A stretch of 64,000 nucleotides of DNA. It comes from Magnetococcales bacterium. GTDB lineage: Bacteria; Pseudomonadota; Magnetococcia; Magnetococcales; UBA8363. Positions 51,057 through 61,940 of the stretch are shown one piece after another. The stretch lies in contig PEAK01000012.1 of the NCBI GenBank assembly GCA_002753515.1, positions 2-64,001 of the forward strand, read 5' to 3'. The translations under genes and the position numbers were made by a program. The notes beneath the pieces are model-generated. The model did no database searches. It was given only the letters and a program-made list of their open reading frames with translations, and had not been told where the DNA came from. Each line of letters opens with the position of its first letter. Positions within the stretch are counted from its first letter, which is position 1.

Positions 51057-51731
51057 ATGAATCTGCAGGAAAAGAATACCACGCAAGTTCCCCGTTCGAC
51101 TCAGGATCACAGCAAAAAACTTTCCAAGGATGACATAAACAACCTGCCGATTCGCCGTTGGGAGGGGCCCGTTATCCTCATTCGCGAAGATGATAAAGTT
51201 TCACAGGCGGTCCAACTCTTAAAAAACGAAACGGTACTCGGCTTCGACACCGAAACCAAACCCGTCTTCAGAAAAGGCGTTTCCCACCTTCCCTCCCTGC
51301 TGCAACTGGCCGCAGCCAATGCGGTGTATCTGTTCCAACTCAATCAGCTCACCCGTTTTTCTCCTCTCCAGGAAATTTTGGAAGATTGCAAAGTGATCAA
51401 AGTGGGCGTTGGTATCGCACAGGATATGGAACAATTACGAGCTGTTTTTTCATTTGTTCCCAGTCAATGTCATGATCTGGGTGATCTGGCCCGTTCCATG
51501 GGGATGGAAAGCTATGGCCTGCGTACCCTGGCCGCCCGCTTTTTCAATTTCAGAATTTCCAAAAGGGCACAATGTTCCAACTGGGACAGCCCGGTTTTGA
51601 AACCCTTCCAGGTTTCCTACGCTGCCACCGATGCCTGGATCAGCCGGGAAATCTTTTTGGCCATGCGTCGTGAAGGGCTGAATCTTCCAGATAAAAAAAC
51701 GCACCTGCACGAAGCCATTCAGCTTGGATGA
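51057..51731 (+). CDS. 3'-5' exonuclease (DEDDy, WRN/RNase D-like)
   Basis: GFDTE, LLQLA, SNWD and YAATDAW motifs. Confidence 0.88.
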   Translation: MNLQEKNTTQVPRSTQDHSKKLSKDDINNLPIRRWEGPVILIREDDKVSQAVQLLKNETVLGFDTETKPVFRKGVSHLPSLLQLAAANAVYLFQLNQLTRFSPLQEILEDCKVIKVGVGIAQDMEQLRAVFSFVPSQCHDLGDLARSMGMESYGLRTLAARFFNFRISKRAQCSNWDSPVLKPFQVSYAATDAWISREIFLAMRREGLNLPDKKTHLHEAIQLG

Positions 51732-51889
51732 ATATCTGTTAATATGTTATCGTTGGTTTGCTGTATTGGCCGAATGAAAGGGGGGCATGATCGTATCCGA
51801 TACATGCGATGGTAATTGCTGTCCGACGTGAGGGGCGTTGTCAAAGGTAATTGGATACGAATATCTGAAATCTGTAAGGGAGGCTGTTG

Positions 51890-53677
51890 ATGAAGGTTGT
51901 CCGACCAGTCTTGTTTCGCTGGATCATCGCGTTACTCGTTTCCCTTATAGGTGTTTGCTTGACCTTCGGCGCTTCCCTGGCCCAATCGATCCCGGGATTC
52001 GATACTCCCTACTTGACGCTGGATCCCGGAATGCATCTCGATCCCATCCAAAAAATGGCGATCAATCAGGATGAATCCATTCTGGCAACCATCTCCCTGG
52101 ATAAAACCGTTCGCATCTGGAGTGTGTCAAACCTTAAGGTCAGGAAAACCATTCGTATCCCCATGCTTCCAGGTGAAGAGGGCAGGCTTTACGCCGTGGC
52201 CGTTTCACCTTCCGGCGGCGTTGTCGCCGTGGCTGGGAATACCTGCAACACCTGGAATTCAGCCTATTGCATCTACCTGATCAACACTTTCAACGATAAA
52301 ATACCCTTGAAAATTACCGGGATCACCGAACCAGTCATGGACCTGGATTTTTCTTCCGACGGCGAATATCTGGCGGCGGCAGTCAATAATGGTGCCGGAT
52401 TGCGTGTTTATCGAACCAGTACCGGTCAACAGGTCGCTCGGGATACGACCCCGGGCAGCGGTGCCACCTGGGTACAATTTTCCGAGGGCGGTAACAACGT
52501 GGTCACACTGGGACATGACGACAGGATACGCTTGTATGATCGCAATTTTGTGCTTCAAATGGCCAGACAACTGCCAAAAAATCTTCGGGCCCGTTCTGCC
52601 AGTTTTTCCCCGGACGGCCAAAAACTCGCCGTAGTCTTTACGGGCAAACCTTATATTTCGGTATTCTCCGCCAAAGATTTGGAACTCCTGTATTTGCCCG
52701 ACGTGACAAAACTTTCCGGTCCTTTAGGGTCGGTAGCCTGGTCCGCGGATGGTAAATCTTTGTATGGCGCTGGCAGCCACATGGCCCATTTCAAACGTAT
52801 CATCCGTTGGTGGAGCAACGCTGGCCAACCCGATAGCGCCGGTCGGGGTGATTTTGTCGAACTGCCCGTTTCCACCACTCCTATTCAACAAATCTTACCT
52901 TTAAGAAATGGGGGGGTGTTGTTTACATCTGCATCAACGGCCATTGGCCATTTGGACGCACACGGATTCTTGGAAGCCACCCATAAATATCCCAATGTTG
53001 TATTTCCAAAATGCCGTGGTTTCATGAAGATTTCTTCTTCAGGGGATACGATCTCCTTTCCCATGACACCGGAAAATACTTTGACTGGTTTTTTTTCCTT
53101 GAATCAACTTGAATTTTTTATCAAAAAAAACACTTCCAATACCTTGATGGTGCCTAAAAGACGTGCCGAAAGTTTTAAATTACAAGCCACCCTGTCTGAA
53201 GGCGATACCCTGCTTCTCAGGTTGAACGATGCCCCACTCTCGGGTTTGGAAGGTGAAGACGTTTCCTGCTTTGCCATAGCCAGGGACGAACGATTCTTCG
53301 TCGCCAGCACCAATAAGGCACTCTACCTGTATGATCAGGCGGGGGCGCTCCATTGGCGCATGGCGGTGGATAGCCCCGTTCGTGCCCTCAACATTCCTGA
53401 GAATGACAAATTTGTCATTGCTACCTTGTTCGACGGCACCGTGAATTGGTATCACGCCGCTTCTGGCAAGTTGGAACTGTCCCTATTCGTCAATGCGGAA
53501 AACGGTGAATGGATCGCCTGGACGCCAGCATTTTATTATGTGGCTTCAAGCAAAGGGGAGAGTTATCTGGGCTGGCACCGGAACACGGCCCTGGACCAGC
53601 CCGCGACATTCATTCCTGTTTCGCAGGGAAAGGCCCGCTTTAACAAACCAGAAATGATCCAAAATATACTGAATTGA
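51890..53677 (+). CDS. Exported WD40 beta-propeller protein
   Basis: Signal/TM segment, SLDKTVRIW, YAVAVSP and FSSDG WD repeats, EWIAWTP.FYY C-terminal motif. Confidence 0.8.
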   Translation: MKVVRPVLFRWIIALLVSLIGVCLTFGASLAQSIPGFDTPYLTLDPGMHLDPIQKMAINQDESILATISLDKTVRIWSVSNLKVRKTIRIPMLPGEEGRLYAVAVSPSGGVVAVAGNTCNTWNSAYCIYLINTFNDKIPLKITGITEPVMDLDFSSDGEYLAAAVNNGAGLRVYRTSTGQQVARDTTPGSGATWVQFSEGGNNVVTLGHDDRIRLYDRNFVLQMARQLPKNLRARSASFSPDGQKLAVVFTGKPYISVFSAKDLELLYLPDVTKLSGPLGSVAWSADGKSLYGAGSHMAHFKRIIRWWSNAGQPDSAGRGDFVELPVSTTPIQQILPLRNGGVLFTSASTAIGHLDAHGFLEATHKYPNVVFPKCRGFMKISSSGDTISFPMTPENTLTGFFSLNQLEFFIKKNTSNTLMVPKRRAESFKLQATLSEGDTLLLRLNDAPLSGLEGEDVSCFAIARDERFFVASTNKALYLYDQAGALHWRMAVDSPVRALNIPENDKFVIATLFDGTVNWYHAASGKLELSLFVNAENGEWIAWTPAFYYVASSKGESYLGWHRNTALDQPATFIPVSQGKARFNKPEMIQNILN

Positions 53678-53692
53678 TGGCCCTGTTCACAC

Positions 53693-54292
53693 TTACAGAT
53701 GTAACAATGTCGGGGCGAACCATCCCAACATGCCAAGCCCTACACCAACAGCCCCCAGTAATCCGGAGATCCAAACCAAAATATTCGACCCGACGATGAT
53801 GGATGCCGAGGCCATGACGATGGCTATCTGCAACGATGCCGAACCGTATTCAAACACGTGGTAGGCCGAAAGTGCCCTGTCACGCCGCTCCTCCAAGGCT
53901 TTGGCCTTCGCAGAAAGCTCTTTTCGTCCTTCCCCCTTTTCCGGTTCGCTTTCATAGCGTTGTACATCGGCGCGCCAGCCGCTGATCCGCTTTTTCATAG
54001 AGGCTTCACGTTCCGGTGATACACCCTGCGCTACCATCTCTTCCATGGTATCCGCAGCGGTTTTCAGGACGGTTTGGCGCAAGTGTTTGGCTTGAAAAAA
54101 GGACCAGGTATTGGCAGCCTCAATATTGGTCAACAAAGAGGTGTTTTGCGAACTCTTGCCACCAATCTCAACGATGGCCAGTAATACGGCCAGCACACTG
54201 ATCATTAATGCAACACGGCTGTTGGAACCCGAACCATGACCATGATGCCCGTGTGCCTCTTCTATTTTCTCCGTGGTTTCCAGAATTTCCAT
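53693..54292 (-). CDS. DUF4337-family membrane protein
   Basis: His-rich N-terminus, ANTWSFFQAK and LQIAIVMAS motifs; three TM segments. Confidence 0.8.
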   Translation of the reverse strand: MEILETTEKIEEAHGHHGHGSGSNSRVALMISVLAVLLAIVEIGGKSSQNTSLLTNIEAANTWSFFQAKHLRQTVLKTAADTMEEMVAQGVSPEREASMKKRISGWRADVQRYESEPEKGEGRKELSAKAKALEERRDRALSAYHVFEYGSASLQIAIVMASASIIVGSNILVWISGLLGAVGVGLGMLGWFAPTLLHL

Positions 54293-54462
54293 GACAAATC
54301 CTCATGAGTCGTTATAAGTAAAGAGTTAAATAACACCAAGATTCATGATAATACTCCAACACGCAAGCAAGACGGAAAACTCAAAGATCTCCAGTCGTTC
54401 ATTTTTTCGAGTATACATGGAAATGCAACGCATGAAAAAATAAAAACCACGGATTCGGGGAG

Positions 54463-55572
54463 TCAGAATGGCTGATGCAAATCTTCCAACATGGTCAGGA
54501 TCCTGGCTGCCGCCACTTCAGCGCCATTACAGGGCGGACGTGGTGGATGAGGCATACCAAGCAAGGATTCGATGGCATCGTGCCACTTTCCGGAGGTAAA
54601 GGTTGCAGTGTCGATTTCCATGGCACAAGCATGCTGCGCCAACCAGGTACAGATGGGATCTTCGTCAGGGAACCGGCCCCGGCGCACGTAAAGCAACGGA
54701 ATGCCCAAAGCAACCGCATTCACACATGTCCCATATCCTGGCTTGCTGACAATGGCATCAACAGAGGCCACAATATTTTCAAAGTGCCAATGATCGACGA
54801 CTCCAATCCCGTGGAGATGCTCCAGTGGGGGTAACTGGTGTTCCTTCATCAGCCAATGATAGCGTTTCTCTAAAAAAATTTGTTCCATGGGAACGGTTTG
54901 AGAAGGCATGCCCCCCAAATTGATCATGATCAGGGGACGATGATCTGTCTCTTGGATTCCCAGTTCCTGGCGCAAGTCTTTCTTGCGGGGTTCTGCCAAG
55001 GTTGCCAAAGGGGGGATCCTCACAAAACGAGGAAAGGTGTCGCCGTCAATGAAAGGTTCCGGATACAATGCCAAGGTCGTTTTGGCGTAGTTTTCCCGCA
55101 TCCGCTGCCACCACCCCCGGCCAATGGAATCATCCAATGAGAAATAGGCTTTGATGACGTGATCCCAACTCAAGGAGGCGATGGCTATGCTGGGGATACC
55201 GAGTTGATGGGCCGCAGCGATGGTAACGCAGGGAATATCCACCAGGGTTAGATCGGCAGCGAAATCTTGCAAACGGACCATTTCCATGTGAACCATTTCT
55301 TGCCAATGGGATTGCAGATCGTTATAGCGCTCCCGTGTTGCGGCCAGATCGACTACCATGGGGTCCGACTGGACCAACCCGATATCCCGAACCGAAGTAT
55401 CGACGCTGTGGGGAACATGGATGAACCGGGCCACCAATTCCTTGTCCAGAGAGCATGCCACACGAATATTGAGCTCGGGGTCCAGGATACCCAAATGATT
55501 CAGTATTGGCGCAACCTGGGACAAATGGCCAAAACCATGCCCGGAAACAGCACAAAAAATATTTTTGATCAT
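54463..55572 (-). CDS. GT-B fold glycosyltransferase-like protein
   Basis: SGHGFGH N-terminal motif and D.IVSKPGYGT C-terminal motif; ATGA overlap with tusA. Confidence 0.7.
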   Translation of the reverse strand: MIKNIFCAVSGHGFGHLSQVAPILNHLGILDPELNIRVACSLDKELVARFIHVPHSVDTSVRDIGLVQSDPMVVDLAATRERYNDLQSHWQEMVHMEMVRLQDFAADLTLVDIPCVTIAAAHQLGIPSIAIASLSWDHVIKAYFSLDDSIGRGWWQRMRENYAKTTLALYPEPFIDGDTFPRFVRIPPLATLAEPRKKDLRQELGIQETDHRPLIMINLGGMPSQTVPMEQIFLEKRYHWLMKEHQLPPLEHLHGIGVVDHWHFENIVASVDAIVSKPGYGTCVNAVALGIPLLYVRRGRFPDEDPICTWLAQHACAMEIDTATFTSGKWHDAIESLLGMPHPPRPPCNGAEVAAARILTMLEDLHQPF

Positions 55573-55802
55573 GTGCCTTTTTCCACAATGGCTGTCCACA
55601 GACGCCCTTTGTTGACCAAAGAAACCATGGCGTGGCCGTTGATCTGGCACCAAGCCGGGAGGTCATGGGCAATCCCCGGATCGGTTGCCAGAATTCTGGC
55701 ACGTCCACCAACGGGCAACCCCGCCAAGGCTTGATCCGTTTTGAAAATAGGCAAGGGACAGAGCAATCCCCGCACATCCACATCCAGTTGCCAATCAGAC
55801 AT
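55569..55802 (-). CDS. tusA: Sulfurtransferase TusA family
   Basis: LDVRGLLCPLP (CPxP) and ATDPG...D.PAWC motifs. Confidence 0.9.
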   Translation of the reverse strand: MSDWQLDVDVRGLLCPLPIFKTDQALAGLPVGGRARILATDPGIAHDLPAWCQINGHAMVSLVNKGRLWTAIVEKGT

Positions 55803-56880
55803 GCCAGTGATCCATAAGTTCGTGGGCCGGCAGCGGTGTCACTTCAAGGGTTTCACTGAACCCGTCAGAGTCTATTGTCATGACCACCTTGCCCTGATCC
55901 TTGCCCTTGCTGTAGCGAGCAGCGATGCGGCAAGCCAACAATCGGTCCTCAGGGGCCGTTGTATCCCCTTCCATCAGGGTCAAAGGACCCGCAGTGTTTT
56001 TGGTGCGAATCATCACTCTTCCCTGACGAAACCCGGAAAGAAACAGATTTTCCGACTGATCGCGACCAATCATGAGTTTAAAATGGGGCGCGGGTCTGAG
56101 ATGCCGTCCCGCCTTTAAGAGTAAGATATCTTCAATCGTGTACTCCCGTGTGTTGCGAAAGTTCCATAAATCTCGCAATTTTCGGGCATAATTTTCGTCT
56201 GTCAAAAAGCAGCAGCCGCCTGCGGGACTGGGATAGTCGGTAATGCCCAATTTTTCAGCCAGAGCCATCTGCGGTTTGCGACCACGGCCACTAAATCCTT
56301 CCAGACGGTTTCGATCAACCCACCCCCGTTGTTCCGGTTCGGTTTCCGGCATGCGCAGGGCTGTCAGGGGGCGCAGCAGCCACCCTTTCACACCCGCCTC
56401 CCGATCGATCACCGGAAAGGTATCGCGGCGTTGGCTCATGGGGCGTTGACCCAGGACCTCACCGGTGAAAATAAAGTGATATCCCAACTGTTTGGCCATC
56501 TCCCATGCCTTGGCAACCATGAAAATCTTGCAATCAAGGCACGGATTTAAATGTTTGCCATAGCCATGTTTGGGGTCGGTGACGATGCGGACATAATCGG
56601 CGGAAATATCGACCATGTGCAGCTTGACCCCGAGATTTTTGGCAGCGTGCAGTGCATCGTGGCGTGGGGGCGGCGCCCCTGGTTTGGGATTGCGTATGGC
56701 GCCGGTATGCGATTGGATGCAAAATCCGGTGTGAAAATTGACGCAGGCTACGTCAATCCCCTGTTCCAACAGCAACCGAGCCGCCAAGGTGCTGTCCAAG
56801 CCACCCGACAACAAACCCAGGGCACGAATCCTGTCCGGTTTTTCCTCCATGGCATCGTTCATCCCTGTTGCCGCAACCAT
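55795..56880 (-). CDS. ThiI/MnmA-like PP-loop tRNA thiolation enzyme (DUF814-type C-terminus)
   Basis: SGGLDS PP-loop, [18 protein letters not shown] and PAGGCC.LTD motifs. Confidence 0.82.
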   Translation of the reverse strand: MVAATGMNDAMEEKPDRIRALGLLSGGLDSTLAARLLLEQGIDVACVNFHTGFCIQSHTGAIRNPKPGAPPPRHDALHAAKNLGVKLHMVDISADYVRIVTDPKHGYGKHLNPCLDCKIFMVAKAWEMAKQLGYHFIFTGEVLGQRPMSQRRDTFPVIDREAGVKGWLLRPLTALRMPETEPEQRGWVDRNRLEGFSGRGRKPQMALAEKLGITDYPSPAGGCCFLTDENYARKLRDLWNFRNTREYTIEDILLLKAGRHLRPAPHFKLMIGRDQSENLFLSGFRQGRVMIRTKNTAGPLTLMEGDTTAPEDRLLACRIAARYSKGKDQGKVVMTIDSDGFSETLEVTPLPAHELMDHWHV

Positions 56881-57866
56881 TGGGCCGCCTCCGTGGCGTG
56901 GTAGGTCAGGATCAGGTCAGCCCCGGCCCGTTTAAAACCCGTCAAGGTTTCCAGCACAACGCGACGTTCATCAATCCACCCCCGTTCGGCCGCTGCTTTG
57001 ATCATGGCGTATTCACCACTGACGCTGTATATCGCCAGGGGCAGGTCAATCGCCTGGCGCAAACTTGCCAAAATATCCATGTAGGCCATTCCGGGTTTGA
57101 CCATCAGCATGTCGGCTCCCTCATCAACATCCAGCATGGCTTCGATCAACGCTTCCCGCCGGTTGGCCGGATCCATTTGATAGCTCTGGCGATCCCCAAA
57201 GGATGGGGTGTTTTCCGCCGCATCGCGAAACGGTCCGTAATAGGCCGAGGCGTATTTGACGGCATACGACAAAATCGACACCCGGTCAAACCCATCGTCA
57301 TCGAGGGCGTGGCGAATCGCCGACACCATACCGTCCATCATCCCTGACGGGGCGACGATATCGGCCCCGGCCCGGGCCTGGGCCACGGCGACACGCCCCA
57401 GCAAGTTCAAGGTTTCGTCATTGGCGACCCCCCCGTCGCGGATGGGGCCACAATGACCGTGATCGGTATACTCGCACAGGCACGTGTCAGCCAAAATCAC
57501 CAGATCGGAAAATTCAGCGCGCAAGGCACGTATCGCCTGTTGCACAATACCCGATTCTTCCCACGCCCCTGACCCCAACTCATCTTTATGAGAGGGAATA
57601 CCAAAGAGGATAACACCTCCCACCCCCTGTTGCATCGCCTTGGCAGCCGCCACCAAAGCCTGATCCACCGACAGTTGACACACCCCGGGCATCGAAGTGA
57701 CCGGTTTTTGGATGCCACTCCCCGGGACGATGAACAAAGGTTGGATCAAATCACGTGTGTCCAGGTGCGTTTCGCGCACCAGTTGACGGATCGCCTGATT
57801 GATGCGCAATCGGCGCGGACGACGAACGGGCAACGGGATGAAATGGTCGGACAGGCTTGGAGACAT
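56859..57866 (-). CDS. hemB: Porphobilinogen synthase (delta-aminolevulinate dehydratase)
   Basis: [37 protein letters not shown] and MVKPG motifs. Confidence 0.97.
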   Translation of the reverse strand: MSPSLSDHFIPLPVRRPRRLRINQAIRQLVRETHLDTRDLIQPLFIVPGSGIQKPVTSMPGVCQLSVDQALVAAAKAMQQGVGGVILFGIPSHKDELGSGAWEESGIVQQAIRALRAEFSDLVILADTCLCEYTDHGHCGPIRDGGVANDETLNLLGRVAVAQARAGADIVAPSGMMDGMVSAIRHALDDDGFDRVSILSYAVKYASAYYGPFRDAAENTPSFGDRQSYQMDPANRREALIEAMLDVDEGADMLMVKPGMAYMDILASLRQAIDLPLAIYSVSGEYAMIKAAAERGWIDERRVVLETLTGFKRAGADLILTYHATEAAQWLRQQG

Positions 57867-58087
57867 TACGCAAACCCTCGGTTAGTCAGGTCGTTTGAAG
57901 GGGCCACTAAGCAATCGCGAAAGACAAAAAAATGGGGACCATGCTGCAAGGCACATTTTCTTTCTGAGCATATTAGACTACCATCTTCCAGTGGTTTGAG
58001 CCAATGTCAACCTTGAATCCAGCTTGCGGAACCGTAGCCATCTTGCCAAACCGGCAATTATCAAAATCGGGTCTGGGGTAAGAGTCC

Positions 58088-58915
58088 ATGACACAGTTAA
58101 TCGGTGATCGCCTGGTGGTTGCGGGGCAGACAGATGTCGGGTGCGTCCGAACCCTCAATGAAGATTGTTACTTAATTGATGATCGAACCGGTCTTCTACT
58201 GGTCGCCGATGGAATGGGTGGACACGAAGCGGGTGAGGTTGCCAGTGCCCGGGTCGTCGAACTGATGAGAAATAGTTTGGCAAGCGCCCTGAACTCCCCG
58301 CTCCCGCAGCAAACTCTTCCAACCCAAGCCAGCGGCAGCATTGAGCATGATCCCGATCTCCCCACCTTGGACGACCTCCCCAATCCTGTAACCCATATGG
58401 TGCGTCATGCTATCGTCGCTGCCAACGCCGATGTCAATCGTACCAATCAGGATAAAGGTTTTGAAAATGGCACCGGAATGGGAACCACCCTGGTCGGGCT
58501 TTGGTTACCCCCGTTCAGCGATCACCCGGTGGTCTTTCACGTTGGCGACAGCCGACTTTACCGTTATCGCAAGCAACAACTCGTCCAGGTCACCCGGGAC
58601 CACTCCATGTATCAGCAATGGTTGGCCATGGGAAAAAAAGGCCCCCGTCCGGCACAAAATATTTTGCTGCAAGCTATTGGTCCCGCAAAAAATTTAACCC
58701 CCGATGTCCATCTCCTCGAAATGGTTTCTGGTGACGTCATTCTCCTGTGTTCCGACGGTCTCCACGGGATGGTTGGCCAGGATGTTCTTTCCAGGACGCT
58801 GGATAAGGCTGATCCAAACAACCTGGATCGGATCGCCAAGGAACTGATTGAACTGGCCAAGGCGGGGGGTGGTAAGGATAATGTCACGCTGATCGTTGGC
58901 ATGTTCATCAAATAG
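58088..58915 (+). CDS. PP2C/PPM-family Ser/Thr phosphatase
   Basis: RTLNED, VADGMGGH, GMGTT, HVGDSR, CSDGL and DNVT motifs. Confidence 0.92.
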   Translation: MTQLIGDRLVVAGQTDVGCVRTLNEDCYLIDDRTGLLLVADGMGGHEAGEVASARVVELMRNSLASALNSPLPQQTLPTQASGSIEHDPDLPTLDDLPNPVTHMVRHAIVAANADVNRTNQDKGFENGTGMGTTLVGLWLPPFSDHPVVFHVGDSRLYRYRKQQLVQVTRDHSMYQQWLAMGKKGPRPAQNILLQAIGPAKNLTPDVHLLEMVSGDVILLCSDGLHGMVGQDVLSRTLDKADPNNLDRIAKELIELAKAGGGKDNVTLIVGMFIK

Positions 58916-59014
58916 CGACTGAAAACCAATCAGAGTATTAATTTTGGATGAGGTTGCCATCCCCTTGAGGGTGGTCTCGTAGAGTGATTAATCGACCCAA
59001 AGCAGGAGATCGCC

Positions 59015-59905
59015 ATGAGAGTTCAGAAGCAACTGGCCATCATGTTTGCCGACATTGCTGGAAGCACGAAATTGTACGAAACCGTGGGTGACGCCAAAGC
59101 CCGCGAGTTAACCTCCCAATGCATCACCCTTATGGCGAACATCACCAAAGATCACCAGGGTACGGTCATCAAGACGATCGGCGATGAAGTCATGTGTACC
59201 TTTCCCTCGGCAGACTTGGCCGCCGAAGCCGCCGTCAGAATGCAGGAAAATGTTGATGAAAGCCAGCATGAGTGGGGAGCCAAGCTGCGTATTCGTGTTG
59301 GGTTCCACTTTGGCGATGTCATCGAAGAAAATGGTGATGTTTTTGGCGATGCGGTTAACCTGGCCGCCCGTATGGCTGCCCAGGCCAAGGCGGATCAAAT
59401 CATCACCACCGGGGAAACCCTCGATATCATGAGTCCGCACTTGGCTGCCGATGGTCGGGAATTGATCAAAGCACATGTCAAGGGCAAGTCGGAACCCATC
59501 CGCATCTGCGAATTAACCTGGGGCGAAGAAGAAGAACTCACCATCATGGGAGGTGCCCCGGTAGCCGCTCCCACACCAACCACCGAAACCATCAAGGCCG
59601 TCTTTCTGCGCAAGGAAGTGGTGGTCAACGAATCTTCTGGTTCCGTCAGTATGGGACGTGGCAAGGATAATACTTTCATTGTCCCTGATACCATGTCATC
59701 AAGAAATCATGCCAAAATCGAATTGAGGCGCGGTCGTACCTACTTAATCGACCAAAGCACCAATGGCACCTTTGTCCTGACAACCACCGGGGAAAAATAT
59801 TTGGTCCACCGGGATGAGCATATCCTCTCAGGTCAGGGGGTCATCGGTCTGGGGCGGGAAGTTACAGCCACTGATCCACTGGCCGTGCATTTCATGCCGG
59901 TGTGA
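59015..59905 (+). CDS. Class III adenylate/guanylate cyclase with C-terminal FHA domain
   Basis: MFADIAGST, KTIGDEVM and FGDAVNLAAR cyclase motifs; FHA residues GR, SRNHA, STNG. Confidence 0.9.
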   Translation: MRVQKQLAIMFADIAGSTKLYETVGDAKARELTSQCITLMANITKDHQGTVIKTIGDEVMCTFPSADLAAEAAVRMQENVDESQHEWGAKLRIRVGFHFGDVIEENGDVFGDAVNLAARMAAQAKADQIITTGETLDIMSPHLAADGRELIKAHVKGKSEPIRICELTWGEEEELTIMGGAPVAAPTPTTETIKAVFLRKEVVVNESSGSVSMGRGKDNTFIVPDTMSSRNHAKIELRRGRTYLIDQSTNGTFVLTTTGEKYLVHRDEHILSGQGVIGLGREVTATDPLAVHFMPV

Positions 59906-60041
59906 TGCCGGTTGGTTCCGGCGCTCCTCCAAGTAAACCTTGAAAGCCAGCATTCCGTTGGATGATTTGGTCCAAGGGTCGTGTTGTGAGTTTCACTCCC
60001 CGGGACTGTTTCCTGAGGTGGGTATTCTATTAATGCCGAAT

Positions 60042-61097
60042 TCAATTATTATTCCCTGCTGTTACAAGGGTAGCATTGGCACCTTGCTCGTACCAGTCTT
60101 TTGAACAATTGACCACCTTGACGACGAACAGCATTGCAGGCACCTCAATGAGTACGCCGACCACCGTTGCCAACGCAGCTCCAGATTCAAAACCAAAGAG
60201 ACTGATGGCGGTGGCAACGGCCAGTTCAAAGAAGTTGGACGCACCGATGAGGGCGGAAGGACAGGCAATGTTGTGTTTTTCGCCAGCTGTGCGATTGAGC
60301 AGGTAAGCAAGGGCAGAGTTGAAGAAAACTTGAATGAGAATGGGAATGGCCAATAATCCGATAACCAAGGGTTGTTTAACGATGGCCTCACCCTGGAATG
60401 CAAACAGAAGTACCAACGTAACCAGAAGCGCTGAAACTGACCAAGGACCGATTTTTTCCATGACTGCGTCGAACGACTGCTGACCTTTTGCAAGTAGACT
60501 TCTGCGCCCGATTTGGGCAAGAATCACTGGGATGACAATATAGAGGCCCACCGAAATAAACAAAGTGTCCCACGATACCGTGATGGCCGAAATACCAAGC
60601 AACAGCCCGACAATGGGTGCAAAAGCAAAGACCATGATGGAATCGTTGAGCGCCACTTGCGATAGTGTAAACAGGGGGTCGCCGTTCGTCAGACGACTCC
60701 AGACGAACACCATGGCTGTACAGGGAGCCGCTGCCAACAAGATCAGCCCGGCAATGTAACTATCCAGTTGGTCAACCGACAGCATCGGAGTAAATAGATT
60801 GCGGATAAACAGCCAAGCAAGAAAAGCCATGGAAAACGGCTTAACCAACCAGTTGACGAACAGTGTGATACCTATTCCGCGAATGTGATTCCTGATTTCG
60901 TGCAATGCGCCAAAATCGACCTTGATAAGCATGGGAATAATCATCACCCAGATAAGCAGGCCAACAGGAAGATTGACCTGAGCCACCTCCATGCGACCAA
61001 TGGCATGAAATAACCCCGGGGCCGATTGGCCTAATGCAATTCCGGCAACGATACAAAAAAATACCCAAACTGTCAGGTAACGCTCAAAAATGCTCAT
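60042..61097 (-). CDS. acr3: ACR3-family arsenite efflux transporter
   Basis: MSIFERYLTVWV, LLAAAPCTAMVFVW, GASNFFELAVA and GVLIEVP motifs. Confidence 0.95.
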   Translation of the reverse strand: MSIFERYLTVWVFFCIVAGIALGQSAPGLFHAIGRMEVAQVNLPVGLLIWVMIIPMLIKVDFGALHEIRNHIRGIGITLFVNWLVKPFSMAFLAWLFIRNLFTPMLSVDQLDSYIAGLILLAAAPCTAMVFVWSRLTNGDPLFTLSQVALNDSIMVFAFAPIVGLLLGISAITVSWDTLFISVGLYIVIPVILAQIGRRSLLAKGQQSFDAVMEKIGPWSVSALLVTLVLLFAFQGEAIVKQPLVIGLLAIPILIQVFFNSALAYLLNRTAGEKHNIACPSALIGASNFFELAVATAISLFGFESGAALATVVGVLIEVPAMLFVVKVVNCSKDWYEQGANATLVTAGNNN

Positions 61098-61142
61098 TGC
61101 GGATTCCTATTTTGATCTTTAAGAATATTTTATGCGGCATGA

Positions 61143-61940
61143 TTATGTTTTCCCAGCCAGAGTGAGGGCTTCACTGATGGCAGGAATCAAGCGGTTACGA
61201 ATGTCATCGCGAACATTTATGAAGCTTTCAATCGGTTCCCCATGGGGATCGTGGAAAGGTACGTGGATGTGCGCGACCGGACGCGGAAAGATTGGACAGG
61301 CCTCCTTTGCGTTGTCGCAGACAGTGACTACAAGATCAATGCTTTCATCCATGATGGCCCCGACATCCTTGGGATAAAGGCCCTCTGTCGGAAGTCCCGC
61401 CAGTTTTAGTGCCGCAATGGCACCATCAGCCACCTTGGGTTGGGGTGTTGTCCCGGCTGAAAGGGCACGTACTTTTCCAGTCATTTCATGATTGACGATC
61501 ACTTCGGCCATTTGCGAGCGGCAGGAGTTCCCTGTGCAGAGAATAAGAACTGTTTTTTTTATTTGGCGCATCATTTTTTTTTGTGGCAGGAGGGGTGAAA
61601 TCCGGTTTCGGTTCTCGACGATAGTACCCGATGCAATTGTTTTTGGAAGACACGCCTTGCCATGACAACAGTTATTTATAAGAAAGGAAAAAAGGTCATC
61701 TATTGCGCCAAAGTCTGCGGAATAGAATATAAAACGACTTTCATGTTTTCCATGGATCAGTCCAACCCGACTCAGGTGGGCCAAATGAAAAGAGAGTGTA
61801 GTCGGGGCAAGACCTAACTGTTCGCCAATTGCGCTCGCATGGATCCCATCTGGCCCCGCCTCAATGAGCAATCGAAAAATGGCGAGACGGGATTCGTGTC
61901 CAAGTGCGGCAAGAAGTTCGGCTGCGTTCAATGTCTCCAT
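61143..61940 (-). CDS. arsRC: ArsR repressor-arsenate reductase (LMW-PTP type) fusion
   Basis: N-terminal ArsR HTH with CCHGKAC; C-terminal CTGNSCRSQMAE, TVCDNAKEACP and DP motifs; single open frame. Confidence 0.88.
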   Translation of the reverse strand: METLNAAELLAALGHESRLAIFRLLIEAGPDGIHASAIGEQLGLAPTTLSFHLAHLSRVGLIHGKHESRFIFYSADFGAIDDLFSFLINNCCHGKACLPKTIASGTIVENRNRISPLLPQKKMMRQIKKTVLILCTGNSCRSQMAEVIVNHEMTGKVRALSAGTTPQPKVADGAIAALKLAGLPTEGLYPKDVGAIMDESIDLVVTVCDNAKEACPIFPRPVAHIHVPFHDPHGEPIESFINVRDDIRNRLIPAISEALTLAGKT

